In this document: one piece after another, positions 25,400-39,367 of the stretch | How positions within the stretch are numbered: the first letter of the stretch is position 1 | Layout of the letters: every line of letters starts with the position of its first letter | DNA from: Octopus vulgaris | Lineage: Eukaryota | Reading direction: 5' to 3' | Assembly: GCA_951406725.2 (NCBI GenBank) | Contig: OX597820.1 | Location: 85,126,001-85,190,000 of the forward strand | Length of the DNA: 64,000 nt | Made by a program: the position numbers and the translations under genes | The notes under the pieces: generated by a model | Told to the model about the DNA's origin: nothing | The model's input: the letters and a program-made list of their open reading frames with translations, nothing else | The model's database searches: none

Positions 25400-27760
25400 C
25401 GTAACTATACCCACAATTCATATTGGAATCAAGAACTGGATTAAAAGTTATATGAATTATATGTAGGATCTGAGCCTATGAAAAAACTAAATTAACCAGA
25501 ATTAGACCTAAGTGAAAGACATCTAAATGAACAAGCAAAGAGTATATAGAAAAACGTAAACTAATACTCACATATGGATCATCATATTCATCGCATAGCA
25601 ACACCACCAAAAACAAATCCAGTAGCAACAAAGACATCGACGTTGACAACAATCGAAAGTATTATAGGATTATAGCAGTAGTCAGCCCGCTTCTCCCACA
25701 CTACACTGTGGCAACCATTAATTACAATCACACAGAAATACTTAGCATGTTTAAGAAGGAAAAACTGTCAAATAGAAATTTCTTCGAACTATCAGAAGGA
25801 TATTGAAATAATTTTAATTCACTAAAAGTGGTGTGGGAAGATATGCTGCATTTGGTCCAAAACATTAATTCTAAAGTTTTCCCTGTTAAAACGGGCATAA
25901 AACTCGGTTTCTCAATTAGAAGTGGAAGTAGTAAAAGAGACAGCGAGAAACTATCGATTGAGACAGAACTAACGTACAAGATTCTTGATATAATTGTCTG
26001 CAGTGTCATTGCAGACAAGGTGTACAATATAATCAGAGGCAAACATCCGGAGCCAGGCCGGATCTCTAAATTGCAAAATAAAAGTCTCTTTCTTCGAAGA
26101 GCTATTTCACTCATTATCATAGTTAACACTGTCAATAAATTCCAAAATATCTGAATCAATTAACATATAAATTAGGAAAGCAGTTTGGAGGGCTCAAAAA
26201 GTAAAAACCGTAAATTCCAACCTTCATCAGCTGAAGCAATAGCTGACAGCTACAGAAATTAAAATATAATTTGCATATAAACGGAAAATAATGAATAGAC
26301 TTTTTGCAAGAAATTCCAAATCAGTTTATCGTAGCTTCAAAACATAACACGATAGCAGTAGAAAACATACCATCGATATTACATGTTGAATGGTATTGCA
26401 GATCAGTATGGGAGTAGAATGTTAAATTGAACGAACATGCTGAATTAGAATTGGAATACTGGAAATGCTTTAAGAAAAAATTAAGCAATCGACGATGCAG
26501 TAATAGAGATAGTCTTGAACAAAATACCCACCAGGAAATCTCTTCTACCAGGTCTTGTCATAGGATATTTCGTAAGATTTTATTAGGAAGACAACTGAAG
26601 GGATGTTAAACCTACCTACATGGATATCAATAACCTTCATCCTTCTCAAACCTTTGAGAATATTACCGCCCATTAGACTGCCAAAACATTATGTATAAGA
26701 TGTGCATATGTTGTTTCAATCTATTTCTACAGTACTATTGTACAAATTACAATATTATAAGCCATTAAGCAGTTTATGAAAAGTAAGTAGTGTGAGGACG
26801 ATTGAGCACCTAGTAATTAATGCAAAAAATGTTTCTAGGAAAATTCGAAAAACAAAAGGAAAGAAAAACAAAAAAAAAAAACTCAGAAATTGGCTGTGGT
26901 ACGGCTGGACACTAAAGAGGTTTCTTTTAAAGCATACTTAATAGGCGGGCCAACAAAGCAGTCAATTAGCCAAATTATCACCACCGAAACCCCTCCCTAC
27001 TTCTTAAAGGTGTCAACGAGCAAATCAAATCTTGCAACAAACACTACCAAAACGTTTTTCCTCAAGGTAATAGAGTATCAATATAGCTCTTTTTCTTTCG
27101 TTGAACCCCCTATAATACCTGATCCCCACACATTAACCATAGGAATGGCTCCTGTAACATTTCTCACATGTTTTTTTTTGTTGATGTCTCAAATATTAAT
27201 CAGTACAAAAAACAACTGGATTTCAATACTCAGTTCATTGGAATGAATTTTGTTCAGGCTAAATGTGCACTATGGGTGTGGAAATCTGGTAAACCTTTGC
27301 CCTCTTCAAGAAATTAACGTAAATGAATTAAAAATAAAGCATTCTCTGTTGAAAGCCATAATTCTTATGAACAGTTTGAGAATGCCATCTACGAGAGATT
27401 CTTCAATTATAAGGAGACAATGTATAATTACTTTGGGCGAGTTATTCAGTTATTTCTTCTGAACTCTCAGCTTATTCGAAGCTTTTCACTCACAGCACCT
27501 TTGCAGTAACCATCCATACACTCGCACTTGGGCTTCTGATCTGATCTCTGCAAGAGCTCAATAAAACTTCAACTTAGTAAATCGTTGCGTTACTTGAAAT
27601 TTCAACATCAATGGAGATGTAAACAATCTACACTTGTCACGCAAGGATGTTGGTCGTGTTTTTAATACTGCATTGTCATACGAACACGAATGTGACACTG
27701 GCGCAACATCTGCTGCAGTGGGAAGAAGCCAGCCACCAATTTTATCCAAGTTGTGAACAC
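25400..27760 (+). mobile_element. Old, heavily decayed RLE-type (R4-like) LINE
   Basis: Scattered motif remnants: NRLF..N..Q.YRS (26295), YRP..CQNIMYK (26660-26700), AKC (27258), DVNNLHLSRKDVGR (27616; cf. DVDRLYxPRKxGGRG). Boundaries approximate. Confidence 0.5.
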
Positions 27761-28573
27761 CAAAACCAAACTTATGAACATGAAAAATAGCATGAAATAT
27801 TCATTTCTTTTTCAGGGTAACACAATTTAAAAAAGAAATAGATGCTACAATAATCTCACTTGTTCATGCATGTTTGTGCATTGTTCCAAAGGTCAGTAAT
27901 ATTTTTTTTAAGTGTTTATTGTCGATTGTTGTGGTTTTTGGCGTTTGTTTTTGCTGCATTGTAGCAGTTTTGTTAACTCTGCTCCCCTTATTTGAAGAGA
28001 GCAGTATTGTTTAGAAAAGAATTAATGATAAATTATGAGAACGTAGACAGAAAAATGGACTTCGCAACGATGGACACAAGCCACCAAAAACAGATTAATT
28101 TACAAGAAATCGGAAAACATAATAATATATTAAGAAGGGACGAACACAATATGAAGGTGTCCCCTCCCCAAGAAGCAATGCAAAGTGAGAAGGAGAAAAT
28201 AAAATTTACTGAATATTTTCTCTGAAGAACCAGAAAATTGAGGTAATGACGTTTGCCCAACTTAAAGCCATTATGGAGAGAAATTGTTTACGTCAACACA
28301 GGTCGAAAGTTTGGAACTGTGGAGGTGCGATTACGAGATGCAGCGACCACCAAGATACACTCAGCGACCGCTTTAAAAACTGAGATATTGTTTCTATCCA
28401 TATACCTCGGAAGGCGTGATTCCAGGGTAAGGATAGAAGATATAACACCAGAAACAGACTAGCTTGCTTAGTGGACGATATCCTGCTGGGCTTGAGGAGG
28501 AGCTGGTTACCCTCCAAGTCACTTGTTCTGCCCACACGAATTGGCACGGGTAGGGCTTCCATATATATATATA

Positions 28574-29266
28574 TTCTGACTATTTAAAGAATATTTGATG
28601 TATTATATGGGGCGAGACAAAAAAATTCTTAGAGACGTGTGTGTGTTTACTGTTCTATATATGTGTACACACATATATAGAACAGTAAACACACACATGT
28701 CTCTAAGTAGTTTTTGGCTCGCCCCATATAATACATCTAATATTCTTTAAATAGTCAGAACTTTACTCTCGGTCACAAAGAACATCTACACACCCCGTGC
28801 CCTCACCCACCGAAATCACCGCTGCCTGACCCGTTAAATTCTTCAACGCACCCACCACCCGTTTTCAACATACACTGATAAACAGTTTGGCCATGGGCTC
28901 TTAGGAGCCTAGTTCGATTTGTTTTGCTCCGCCTCTGTTCTGTTTTTGTTTTTTCCAACGGATTTCCTATTTCTTCCTGAAGAGAAAGACACAATATGGT
29001 CTCATTATTCAATCGGAATTTGGTAAATTGTGCCTTTCGAAACACGTGTAGAATGAAATAAAACGATTTCTGTTCAATCTTCGTTAAACTCCATTTCTTC
29101 AATTCACTAAAAATATTAAAATTCAATTATCCGCACCAACGCACGGTTGCAACACCATATGGTTGTACCTCCAACCGTGCTGTCTTCTGCTGTGATTTTT
29201 GCTACCAAGGTATCGGTTAAACTTTTGATTAATCTGCAACAAGATTATTCATCTTTCTATTTCACA

Positions 29267-29270
<4 letters not shown>
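28574..29270 (+). mobile_element. PLE 3' end / pseudo-LTR with fold-back 5' end and canonical hammerhead, in (TA)n
   Basis: Palindrome 28574-28666 / 28669-28760. A degenerate ..HIIHL.YSLNSQ resembles the end of a GIY-YIG ORF. HHR at 28968-29060; (TA)n at 28561-28573 and 29271-29325. Confidence 0.75.
28968..29060 (+). ncRNA. Type I hammerhead ribozyme (canonical core; cleavage predicted after A29050)
   Basis: TATTTC-TTC [CTGAAGA] GAAAG a CACAAT...ATTGTG c CTTTC [GAA] ACACGTGT A GAA t GAAATA. Confidence 0.8.
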
Positions 29271-29328
<58 letters not shown>

Positions 29329-29639
29329 ACGACTAAAAAATATGAGGAGAACGTGAAATACGTGGCCAGGAACATAGATACTAGTGAGATGTCCACAGAG
29401 TCAAATTAAATTAAAACGAACTATGTGATAGGCATTTTACAATATTTAACATGTTAAAAAATTTGAAAGAAAGAAAATAGTTATAAAACCCAGAAAATAA
29501 AAGGATAAAATTGTAAGGTTAATTGAAGGCGCCCGGATGTGGGGTCGAACGGCTTAATTTCGCTGTTCCTTGTAATTTTATTATACTTTTATTCATTCTT
29601 TCATCCGATTTTGTATCCCCTCTTACCTTGTACTGTATT

Positions 29640-30797
29640 GTTTCTATATTTTCTGCCCCCTATATATTTATTCCTCTGTGATTCGCTGTTACAATCATCT
29701 GAAATGGAACTGTCAAAGTGTGATATTCGAGCAGTTTTGCTATTCAACTTCAAAAAAGAACGTAAACATCTGAAACTGCTCGCGATATCAATGAAACATT
29801 TGGTGAGGAAATGAACAGTGAGTAGTTAGCTCGAAAATGGTTTAAACGATTTCGCAGAGGAGAGCCGAGCCTTGAAGAACGTGCGCATAGTGGACGTCTA
29901 TTTGTCATTGATGACGATCAATTAAAGACCGTCACTGGGAAAGATCCAAGTAAAACCACTCGAGAACTGGCAAAAGAATTTCAAGTTAGCCAGAACACTG
30001 CCTGCAACCATTTGCATGCGATCGGAAAATTAAAACAGCTCAACAAATGTGTTCCCCATGATTTAAATGAAAATTAGAAAATGTGCAGATATGATATTTG
30101 CTCGTCGCTTCTTCTGTATAGCTAGACCGATCCATTTTTCGACCGTATTGTAACTAGCGATGAAAAGTGGATTCTGTACAATAACAAAAAACATTCTTCG
30201 CAGTGGTTGGACCAAAGTGAAGCACCGAAAGCCATCCCTAAACTGAAATTCTTCAAAAACAGGGTTATGGTGACTTTTTGGTGGTGTACTGCTGGACTCC
30301 CCCACTACGCTTTTTAAAACCAGGAAAAACCATTACTGCAGAAATATATTGCCATGAAATTGCCAAAATGAACGAAAATCTGCTACTCCTCCGTTCCAGG
30401 CAGGTCAAAAGAAGAGGACCCATCTTTCTTCATGACAATTCTCGACCACACGTTTCACTAATGATGCTCCAAAAGTTGAGGGAACTTGGCTACGAAGTTC
30501 TTCTCCACCCAGTTTATTCCACAGACACTTCTCCTACCGATACATTTTTTCAATCACCTTGATGGTTTCCTGCGAGAGAAGGAGTTCAAAAATCAAACTG
30601 ATGATGAAAGTGTGTTCAAAGAGTTCATCAATGCCTGACCACCAGATTTTTATGCTACCGAAATAAACAAACTTGGCAAAAAAATGTGTTGATTGTAATT
30701 GTACTTAGTTTGATGAATAAAATTTCCGCATTGTTGAATATATATTGTGATGTCTTTCATGTTTCAAAACGGTGCTTACTTTTTACTCTGCCTGACA
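29640..30797 (+). mobile_element. Mariner (DD34D) transposon with pseudogenised transposase
   Basis: ATG at 29704 (MELSKCDIRAVLLFNFK), IVTSDEKWILYNN, FLHDNSRPH and HPVYSTDTSPTD motifs with frameshifts; mariner-like right TIR caaaacggtgcttactttttactctgcctgaca-TA. Confidence 0.88.
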
Positions 30798-30800
30798 TAC

Positions 30801-30829
<29 letters not shown>

Positions 30830-30831
<2 letters not shown>

Positions 30832-32059
30832 CTAAACTGCATTATAGCCCGGTGTTAACAAAGTTTTGACGTAGTTTCAAACTATGAAGAAAATTATGGT
30901 GTGGCGATGCTCGAGTTTGCTCTGAATGTCCTGAAAATATGTAATGCCGACTTCAATTGTTGGTATTGTTGGTTAATATTACTTCTATTAACATTATGGA
31001 GAAAACAATTACCCGTAGATTTAAAGCAAAATGAAGCTCAAGTTTCGAACTGCACTGAAAATCTATTAAGAAGTCAGCACTGCAACAGTATTCATTAAGA
31101 AAAAGTACAGGAAAATCCAAAACGTTAGTAAGAGCAGTTTGTGGTTACAAAGAAAAACAGAAAAAATGTAATTTTGAAGCCAAACGGGTGGACAACAAGA
31201 ATCGTGGATGTACCTGTAATATGAATAAAATCGACTATTTTGCATCACGTATAACTAAAACAATCTGTAAAAATACCCATTGAAGGTTTGAGTTGAACGT
31301 CGTATATAGTAACAGCGTGCAGATCGCACAACTGCTACGAATGCCATACCCACAAATAAGAATCACTTAAACCGACAAAAAAGAAAAGCCGTTACCATTG
31401 CATCTTCTCATTCAACTGAGTATGATGACGAGACATCGATTCAAGGCAGCGGTAATGCCTCTGCAAATGCATTCCCACAGGCTGCGCTGATTAACGAAAA
31501 TGTTCGGCATCAGAACGAAGGAAATGCAACGATTAATGCAGATTTACAAGCCGCTGACAAACATAATCGGCATAGACTTCGTCTTCACCGAAAAGCTACA
31601 GCTGCACGTGCTACAAGAGCTGCTGAGAACTTCATCAGAGTAATGAACGAAGCATAAAATTCTTTTCGACCCTTTAGAATTGGAATTTTTGAAAAGTAAA
31701 AATGTTGCATTATGTAGCTTGTTATTCTCTTTAAGTCAACATTTTTCTGGTTGAAATACACCGAAAAATGGCAACACAGCAGGCAATAAATTGTAAAACA
31801 AAATAGGGATTTTCATAGAAAAAAAGCACCTTTTTGATGTAAATAATTGTTGGTCCTAACATGGTTTGATTTGACTTTTTTCTTCTACAGAATGTAGATC
31901 AAGCCTTCTTCTATCATACTCTCAATTTTAGTCAACTTGCGCTGCAGGGTCTCGAAGGAGATAGTGTTAGTTGAAGGCTACCAAAGCTGCCACACGCGCA
32001 CACACACACACGCACACACACACACATCCAACTTCAGCTCTCTCTATATAAATATAGAT
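30830..32059 (+). mobile_element. Probable non-autonomous Helitron/Helentron-derived element
   Basis: 5' end ..attatagcccggtgtt, 3' end ctcaatttt...ggagatag...(CA)n...tatataaatatagat, typical of HINE/DINE-like elements; internal Ala/Arg/Glu-rich coding remnant. Confidence 0.45.
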
Positions 32060-32129
32060 GCATTTATACATAGGTATAGAACCCTTAACTTTATTCCTAT
32101 GTCAATAAACAATAACTGATACAGAATAT

Positions 32130-33285
32130 ACAATCCAAAAATAAAAGTATTTTAAAATCATTAAAAAAGCATCAACTCGATTATGGTTGGGACATAACTC
32201 AAAGTAGCTGCCCTATTTTCCACCACGGCCTCAAGACGGCTTCGGAAAAGAGGACAGGTATTACTCACTGAATACATGGGAAGATCTACGAAGACCTTCA
32301 TCTTGGCCACCAGCTAGCTCTTGATGTTGGAGGCAGAAGTTTTGGTGCCTTCCTAAACCACGCCTCAAACATAGTTATCCATGCAAATATGACTAGGATA
32401 ACTAATAAGAAAGAAATTGGGGCTCCTGAGATCGTAGAAATCTTTTAACAACCACATGTGACACTTTTTGTATGTATGGCAAGGAACAAAATTTTACTAT
32501 ATACCCGTCTGAATTGAGCCGAAGGCCATATTTGAATATGTTGAGTGACATGACGTTATTCTTGCTGGAAACCCTTATAAAGACAATCAAATTTTGAAGG
32601 ACTTGGTTAACGTGATACGTGTGACATCACATAAAATGTAGGCAATCCACTTGTTCTTTATAGTGTTGTACAACTAGTCATGGAAGTAGTTCTTTTCATC
32701 TCTGATGAGCCAGACCATTCCTGGCTCAACAGTATGCTGTTCATCAGCTTTTTGACTTTGTCAAGCAGACCTCTGTGGCCTGGGAAGTAAACTTTTGTCC
32801 CTTGCGTCTTATGTACGAGTGGTAGCGAATGTCCTTCTTAGTGCCAGCTTCAACACCTATCTATCTCACCAAAGCCCAGATTCCATTGTTCAGATCCTAC
32901 ATCACGTTTTTTTTTTTTTGCAACCTTTGGATGAATCAGTTCTGAAGACACGATAAGAAAACCTACTGTCAAACTCTCCGCTGGCCACGGCTTCTTAGTC
33001 TCTTTTGTAATTATTTTATAGCGTCTCCGGTGTTTAAAGAGCATTGCACAGCAGTCATCATGTCGGAATTTTAATGCTAGAAGGGAATCATCAGATAAAT
33101 ATAACTCATTGCCAATATTCAGATGTCTTCGATTCCTCCATCTTCCATTCCTCCGTGTAGTTTTTCTCAACAACATATTCAAAATTCATGCTCTCAAATG
33201 TCGTGAACCGTTCACCAATACATCAAGCAATTCTGGAAAAAAGAACACATAACTAATGGTCAAATTTATGTCGCACTCCCTGTAA
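32130..33285 (-). mobile_element. Decayed Tc1/mariner (maT-like) transposon
   Basis: Ends cactccctg-TA. Minus-strand remnant FRSRLEAVVENRAAT (transposase C-terminus) and GLRLNSDGYI segment. Confidence 0.55.
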
Positions 33286-34344
33286 GATATTTGGAGTTTT
33301 TATTAAATGTGAAATTTAATTTTCTACTGTTAATAGAAAATGTTAACTCTTTAATTCAAAACTTCCATGTCCCACGCATCTTTCTTTTTTTGCCGAAGCT
33401 AGAATACGTAAGCCAACACCGTTATCAGCATATGTTTCATTCTTTTATTTGGCAAGGTGTGATGCAATAGAGAAGATGCTGTTATTACCAAAACGGATTA
33501 CGCTTAACGATTACGTACTTGAAACATTGAAGCCTAAAAGGTACACACCATACAAGAGAAATGGCAATTAAAAACTCAGAAGGGAAAGAAATCCACGAGA
33601 AATTTTGATATGCAAGGGTAACGTTTCTGGTGCTGTTGTCAGTGGTTAATATAAAAGCACTGATAAAAAGAGAAAGACACGGATCAGAAGTTTGAAAGTA
33701 ATTGCTTTCTTTTCATTGGAATTTATGCCAGTAAGATAGATCATTGCTGAAGCAAACACTTACTATTTATATGTTAGAAAAAAAAGGCTAGACAGAATTA
33801 ATTTAAGATTATCCAAAGCATAAGTCCATATTTATCTGAGAATCCCAAAGGAGCTATTATACGAGTGAATATCTTGGATAGAATTTTCTTCAACTGAACA
33901 AAAATCCTTGATTTTAAAGCCACAAAAAATGTTCTGTATAAATACCAAATAAATTACTGCTGTTCTTTAAGGATATGACGAATTCTCAGCAAAATACATT
34001 CTTCTAATTTTTAGATCTCATCGTCCATTGAAAAACACGCCACTGCATAAAGCTGCTTTAACATGTAATGCACTCACGGAGAAATAAATCACTGAAGTAC
34101 TGACATGTTAAACCTTTTTCCATATTGACTGGAAGACATTTTATCAATCTTGCAACACTAATACTCAATGAATAGGGATCAAAACTTCAAGTTAGCTCGT
34201 TGTCCAACCCGTAACACAGGGCAGTTTATTGAGTTAAAATGAAGTAATTATCTACGTATGTATGTATGAATGTATACATGTATGTATTTATATATATACA
34301 CACACATATATATGCTTATACACGTATAAATACATACTTGCATC

Positions 34345-34395
<51 letters not shown>

Positions 34396-36100
34396 ATGTG
34401 TGTTTGTGTGTGTGTGTATGTCCATATATGCGTGTTTGTGTGAGTGTCCGTGTATGACGGCATGCTTGTGTGTCTGCATTCGTGTGGCTGTGGTGTATGA
34501 ATGCGTGGGTTTTGTGTAAGCCATATAATATGAAAGCAGCTGTCTAAAGCTAAAATCAAATTTGGCCAAAACTATCGTGAGAGAAGCGAATATTATCACA
34601 GGAACATAGGAATATGAGGTGACTGTGTTAGTCTGCGTGTGCCAGAATCAATATAAAATGAATAAGAGAAACAAAGAAAAATGTAAACTGATTTATGTTC
34701 GATTACCGCCAATTCAGGAAATATTTAACAGGTCTTTCCACAAAGAAGTTATATTTTTCACTTTCTTCATAGCAACCTCATTATTAAAACTATTTTTCTA
34801 TGCTTTCATCGTGTGAGAGATTGGTGTTTAGCCAAAAGGAAATCAATATTTAATTAATTTAAGATACTTCAACTTCGCATTAAATAAACTCCTGAATGAT
34901 GTAAATTATTTTCTCAGTTTTTACTTTTATTTCTGTTCATGTTTTTGTTTTTCCAATTCAAAACTGCCGCCAACTGACTTGATTAATGAGTGTTTTGTTG
35001 GTGATGATAATTAGGAAAGGATAAAATGGAGCATGGATCATTCAGTTGAAAAATTAATGTTATATGTTATAAAGCATTTTTTTCCCTTTCGTATTCTGTT
35101 ATTTTTTAATTACATAATCCCAGCAAGAGGGACAATATTGATAGCCCACCGCAGATCCTCTCAAAATACCAAGGTCAATGTTAATCGTGTTCTATCTGAA
35201 CTTTTACTTGTCAATGTTTGTAGAAAAGCTAATCGGCAAACCTAAAAGTGTAGGACATTGTATCTCTAAAAACGTAAGAGGGAAATGTGTTGCACAATGT
35301 CTTTTGATCTATGCACAAAATATCTTGAGGTGTAATTAATGAATACCATGAATTGTAGACATAGTGTACGCGGTGTAATTTGACGAAAGGCTGCATCTTT
35401 TTACATTCGTTGAATACAAATTTGGACATAAGTGGTAGGCGACGTATACGTGTCGTAAGACTACAAAATTATTCAATAGTTTGCCATGTCCTCGCTGTAC
35501 TAAAATGGTAGAGCGGGTAAGCATTGCAGTGTCTGAATAATTTCTTTTCAGCTTCCCATGTATGAAATAAAATTAATTATGTTTTAAAGCATCCTGATAT
35601 TAAATTCCCTTAGAATATCGGCAGAAAAATTATCGACTTCGTATATCCGTGGTCCGTGTTTAAACCGTGTTTGGGGCCAATTTAGAGAAGTCTTCTCTGT
35701 TGCAAGTATTTGATATATATCGTGCGTTTTAGGATATGTTCTTCCCTACAGCTGACCAGTCTTGTAGGTTATGTGTAGGAACTAAACATCAAATTTTACT
35801 AATTAATTATAGCATCATTCAGCAAGTTGGAGCGGAATTCGTATTTCAGAATACGGTAGCAGTCAGACCTTTAACAATAGATGATTAGGAAATTTGAACC
35901 GTAATCTTATTTATTTATATAACGATCAGTTTCTCATAAGTATTTGGCTCACGTATAGTTTCTCGAATATGATAGCAATGAAGATGTTCATGATAAGGAT
36001 GTTGTTGATGTGTATTTTTGTTGGTGGAGGTGATGGTGAAGGTATTGTTGGTGCTGGTGCTGGTGCTGGTAGCGGAGGTGGCAATTTTGGCGTGTTAAGG

Positions 36101-36950
36101 TACGAGGTGATATCAAAAATTTCTAGGACTAGTTATGTTTAATAAAGAAAATTACTTATTTACTTCGGAAATAATCACTTTGCGCAACAATACACCGGTC
36201 GGTCCCAGGGTTCCTGCCAATTTTAGAATCGTTTACCGTAAGTGATTCGAGGATGTTCTGTGATTCGCTCCTGATCTTGATAACGGGGTTTAAAACGGTG
36301 ACCTTTGAGCTGCATTTTCATCTTGGAGAAGAGATGTAAGTCCTCAGGGGCTAAATCGGGTGAATAGGGCGGGTGCGGAAGCGATACCATGTTGCTTTTG
36401 AAGAGAAACTCGCGAGTGATGAGAACTAAGTGAAGAATCCAATTTTGCGCGCTCCACAGAACCGGTTCCTTGCGGCGAATGTCCTCCTTCAAACGATTCA
36501 AAACGTCGTAGTAGAGATGTCGATTAACGCTCTGGCCCTGGAGACAAATTATCGATGCTCTATTCCATATTTGCCGGGGTGGCGCTCGTGGCAGATCTTC
36601 CAGATCGCACGTCATCTTCCATGAACGTTCTTCTGCATTTGAAGCGCCTGTACCACTTGATACATTGTCTCGTCGTCTAATCTAGTTGAAGCATGCCCCA
36701 AGTCTCTGTAGCAGACTTCCGAGTTTAACGCAAAATTTCAGGTTCGTTCTTTGTTCTTGTCTATAACAAAATCGCATCCACGTGTTCAGGAAAATGCAAA
36801 TTTCACAAATTGCGAGGTAAAAACAGTGATGTCACTGGGGACACTGCCTTATGAAAGTCTCTCCTAGGTCTCGTTGGGCACGCCACCTTGTACTGCCGTT
36901 TATTGACGCGCTACATAATTAGTGTGTGAGCATTTTGATACTACCTCGTA
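36101..36950 (-). mobile_element. Internally deleted mariner element with both TIRs and TA flanks
   Basis: TACGAGGTGATATCAAAA ... TTTTGATACTACCTCGTA termini; ORF 36223-36615 contains LPHPPYSPDLAPEDLHLF. Confidence 0.9.
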
Positions 36951-37157
36951 GTAATGATGATGATGATGGTTATCGACGACAATACAAAGTACAAAGTGGA
37001 AGTGACAAATTTTGGCGAGAAGCGTTAGTCGATGAAATTGTTCCTCATATGTCAATAATAATTTATTTTATTGACAGAAAAGACGAAAGCCTAATTAAAC
37101 CGCGAAGGAGATTTGAAATCAGAACGTGAAAAGCCATAAATTAATGTGTACACTCGT

Positions 37158-37315
37158 GATGATGATGATGATGAGGAGGAGGAGGAGGATTGTAAGGAGG
37201 AAGAGGACGAAGGTAACATCTGTGACGATAGTGACAAAGGCGACGATAACGACAACGGCGAAAACTATGATGGTGATGACATGTTGAGATGATCATGATT
37301 ATGCTGATAATGATT

Positions 37316-37352
<37 letters not shown>

Positions 37353-37495
37353 CGATGACGACGACGACGACGATGATGATGATGGTGATGACGACAACGA
37401 CGACGATGACGAACTTGTTGACGGCGACTAAGACTATGGAGCTGACCATGGTATTGGTGGTGATGACGATGATGATGATGATGATTGTAATGATG
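37158..37495. repeat. (GAT)n/(GAC)n trinucleotide low-complexity region
   Basis: Direct reading. Confidence 0.85.
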
Positions 37496-38330
37496 CGTCC
37501 TGGTATATGGAGAAATTAAATAAAAATAAAACAAAACCAAACAACTCAGATTTTCCATCTCTTCCCAAACGATTAATTACATTTATGTGTCTGTGTATAT
37601 GTATGTATGTATATACATGTATATATATGTATATATATTTATATTTATATTTACACACACACACACTTTTTTTTTTATTTGTGGCAAAGAAGATGAGATT
37701 TTGTTGAACCAGTGCCACAATAAAACGTTAATAGCAATTGCATGGTAGTGATATGATCATTAATGCCTCTGGCATGGAATGAATGCATAGTTTCTTCAAC
37801 TAATATCATTTCACCATTTGTTTTCGACAGCTCCAATCACCTTTACATTTTACGTCTCTTCAGGGGTCGTTGAAATAACCATATTTTTTGTACGTTTTTC
37901 TTGTTTTTCTTTCATTTGATTGAGTGTAGTTTTTTTTCTATAATAATTTGTATGTGTGTATGTGTGTGTGTGCTGGTGTTTGTGTGTGCGTGTGTGTATG
38001 TGTGTTTAAACCCGTATGCGCTATGTGTGCGCTGTTTAGATTTGCTTGTGTTTTAATATTTATTTAACAAGAACAGATTCATCGTTATTATTGCTGGATC
38101 ATAATTAACTACTGAAGTTAAAATTCATCACTATAATGAGGAAATGATTCCATCCCAATTTCTTAACGAAACTCGTTTTCGGATTTTAAATCGAATAATA
38201 AAATTATGCAGTGATTTCAATGAGTAATTTAGATTGTAGCGTCTAATAGCATTTAAACTCTCGTAGTGGTCAGTTCTATCTTGCAAGGAGCTCTCAATAA
38301 ATTTACAAGATTAATAGCTTCCTATCGAAA

Positions 38331-38670
38331 GTTGCTGAATTGGCAGAATTATGAACTCTTGGGACGAAATGCTTACAAGTATTTCATCCGACTCGTTATA
38401 TACTGGGTTCAACACCACTGAGGCCGAATTAGTTTTTCGTTCTCTCTGGATCGATAAAATAATTTCCTCTTTACACATGGGTACAATGAAAACAATTGGT
38501 CCTCTTTGCTAAATTTTTCACGCCTTAAGTCAAACTTTGAAACAATCCTTCTAAGGTCAAATCTCACCGTTGTCAACTTCACTTTTTGACTATTCGGAAG
38601 GTGATTTAATTGACTACCCCCAACCACCCTAAATGTTTAGCCTTTGTACCAAAAGTAGGAATTCTTATTA
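38331..38670 (+). mobile_element. Diverged Meta-type SINE copies
   Basis: gctgaattggcagaatta...gacgaaatgctta...ggttcaac...ggatcgataaaata, and a second 3' end gcctttgtaccaaaagtaggaatt. Confidence 0.55.
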
Positions 38671-39216
38671 GTATCCATGTAATCTCTCAACTTCTAATTT
38701 ATCTGTCACGTCTCAGCGGTTGCATACATCAGCTTAGAGACGCAACACTTTTCTCAACACATGAGCTGTTCCAAGAATTGCTGCCAACTGAATACTGCGA
38801 ATGAAGTTTAGTATTTGCAGCTTTTGATGCTAAAATATTACTGTCTTTCAGATGGTCTCAGGTGCACCAATCATAATAGATTCTACATTCACTTTTGAGT
38901 CCTTGTGTATTCATTTCACTTCAAAGCCAGAATTCTCAGAGAGTCCATTTCTCACTTGTAATCTTCTTTAGTGGACAGGTTCAGCATATGAAAACTAAGA
39001 TCGTTGCTTTTGTCCTTACTTCGGTAGCCACGGTGTTTTCATCGTTGTTGTTTTTGTAACTAGCTAGGCTATGTTCTCTAACCAGAGGATCCCAGAGGGA
39101 TGGGTTTCCTGGCAAGTTGTCGTTGGTTCCTGTGTTGTTGATGCTGTTCTTGTAGTTGTTGTTGTCTTTATCTGGGCAGCCGTTGTCAATTGCTTCCTTT
39201 ATTGTCGAATCTATGT

Positions 39217-39288
39217 TTAGTAGTAGTAGTAGCAGCAGCAAAGTAGCAATAGTAGCAGCAGCAGTATGAGTAGTAGTAGCAGCAGTAT

Positions 39289-39367
<79 letters not shown>
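39217..39367. repeat. (AGT)n microsatellite
   Basis: Direct reading. Confidence 0.95.

Noticed and set aside
28080-28560. Possible L1/Tx1 ORF1-like remnant
   Set aside because: Only a vague compositional resemblance; cannot be supported without a search.
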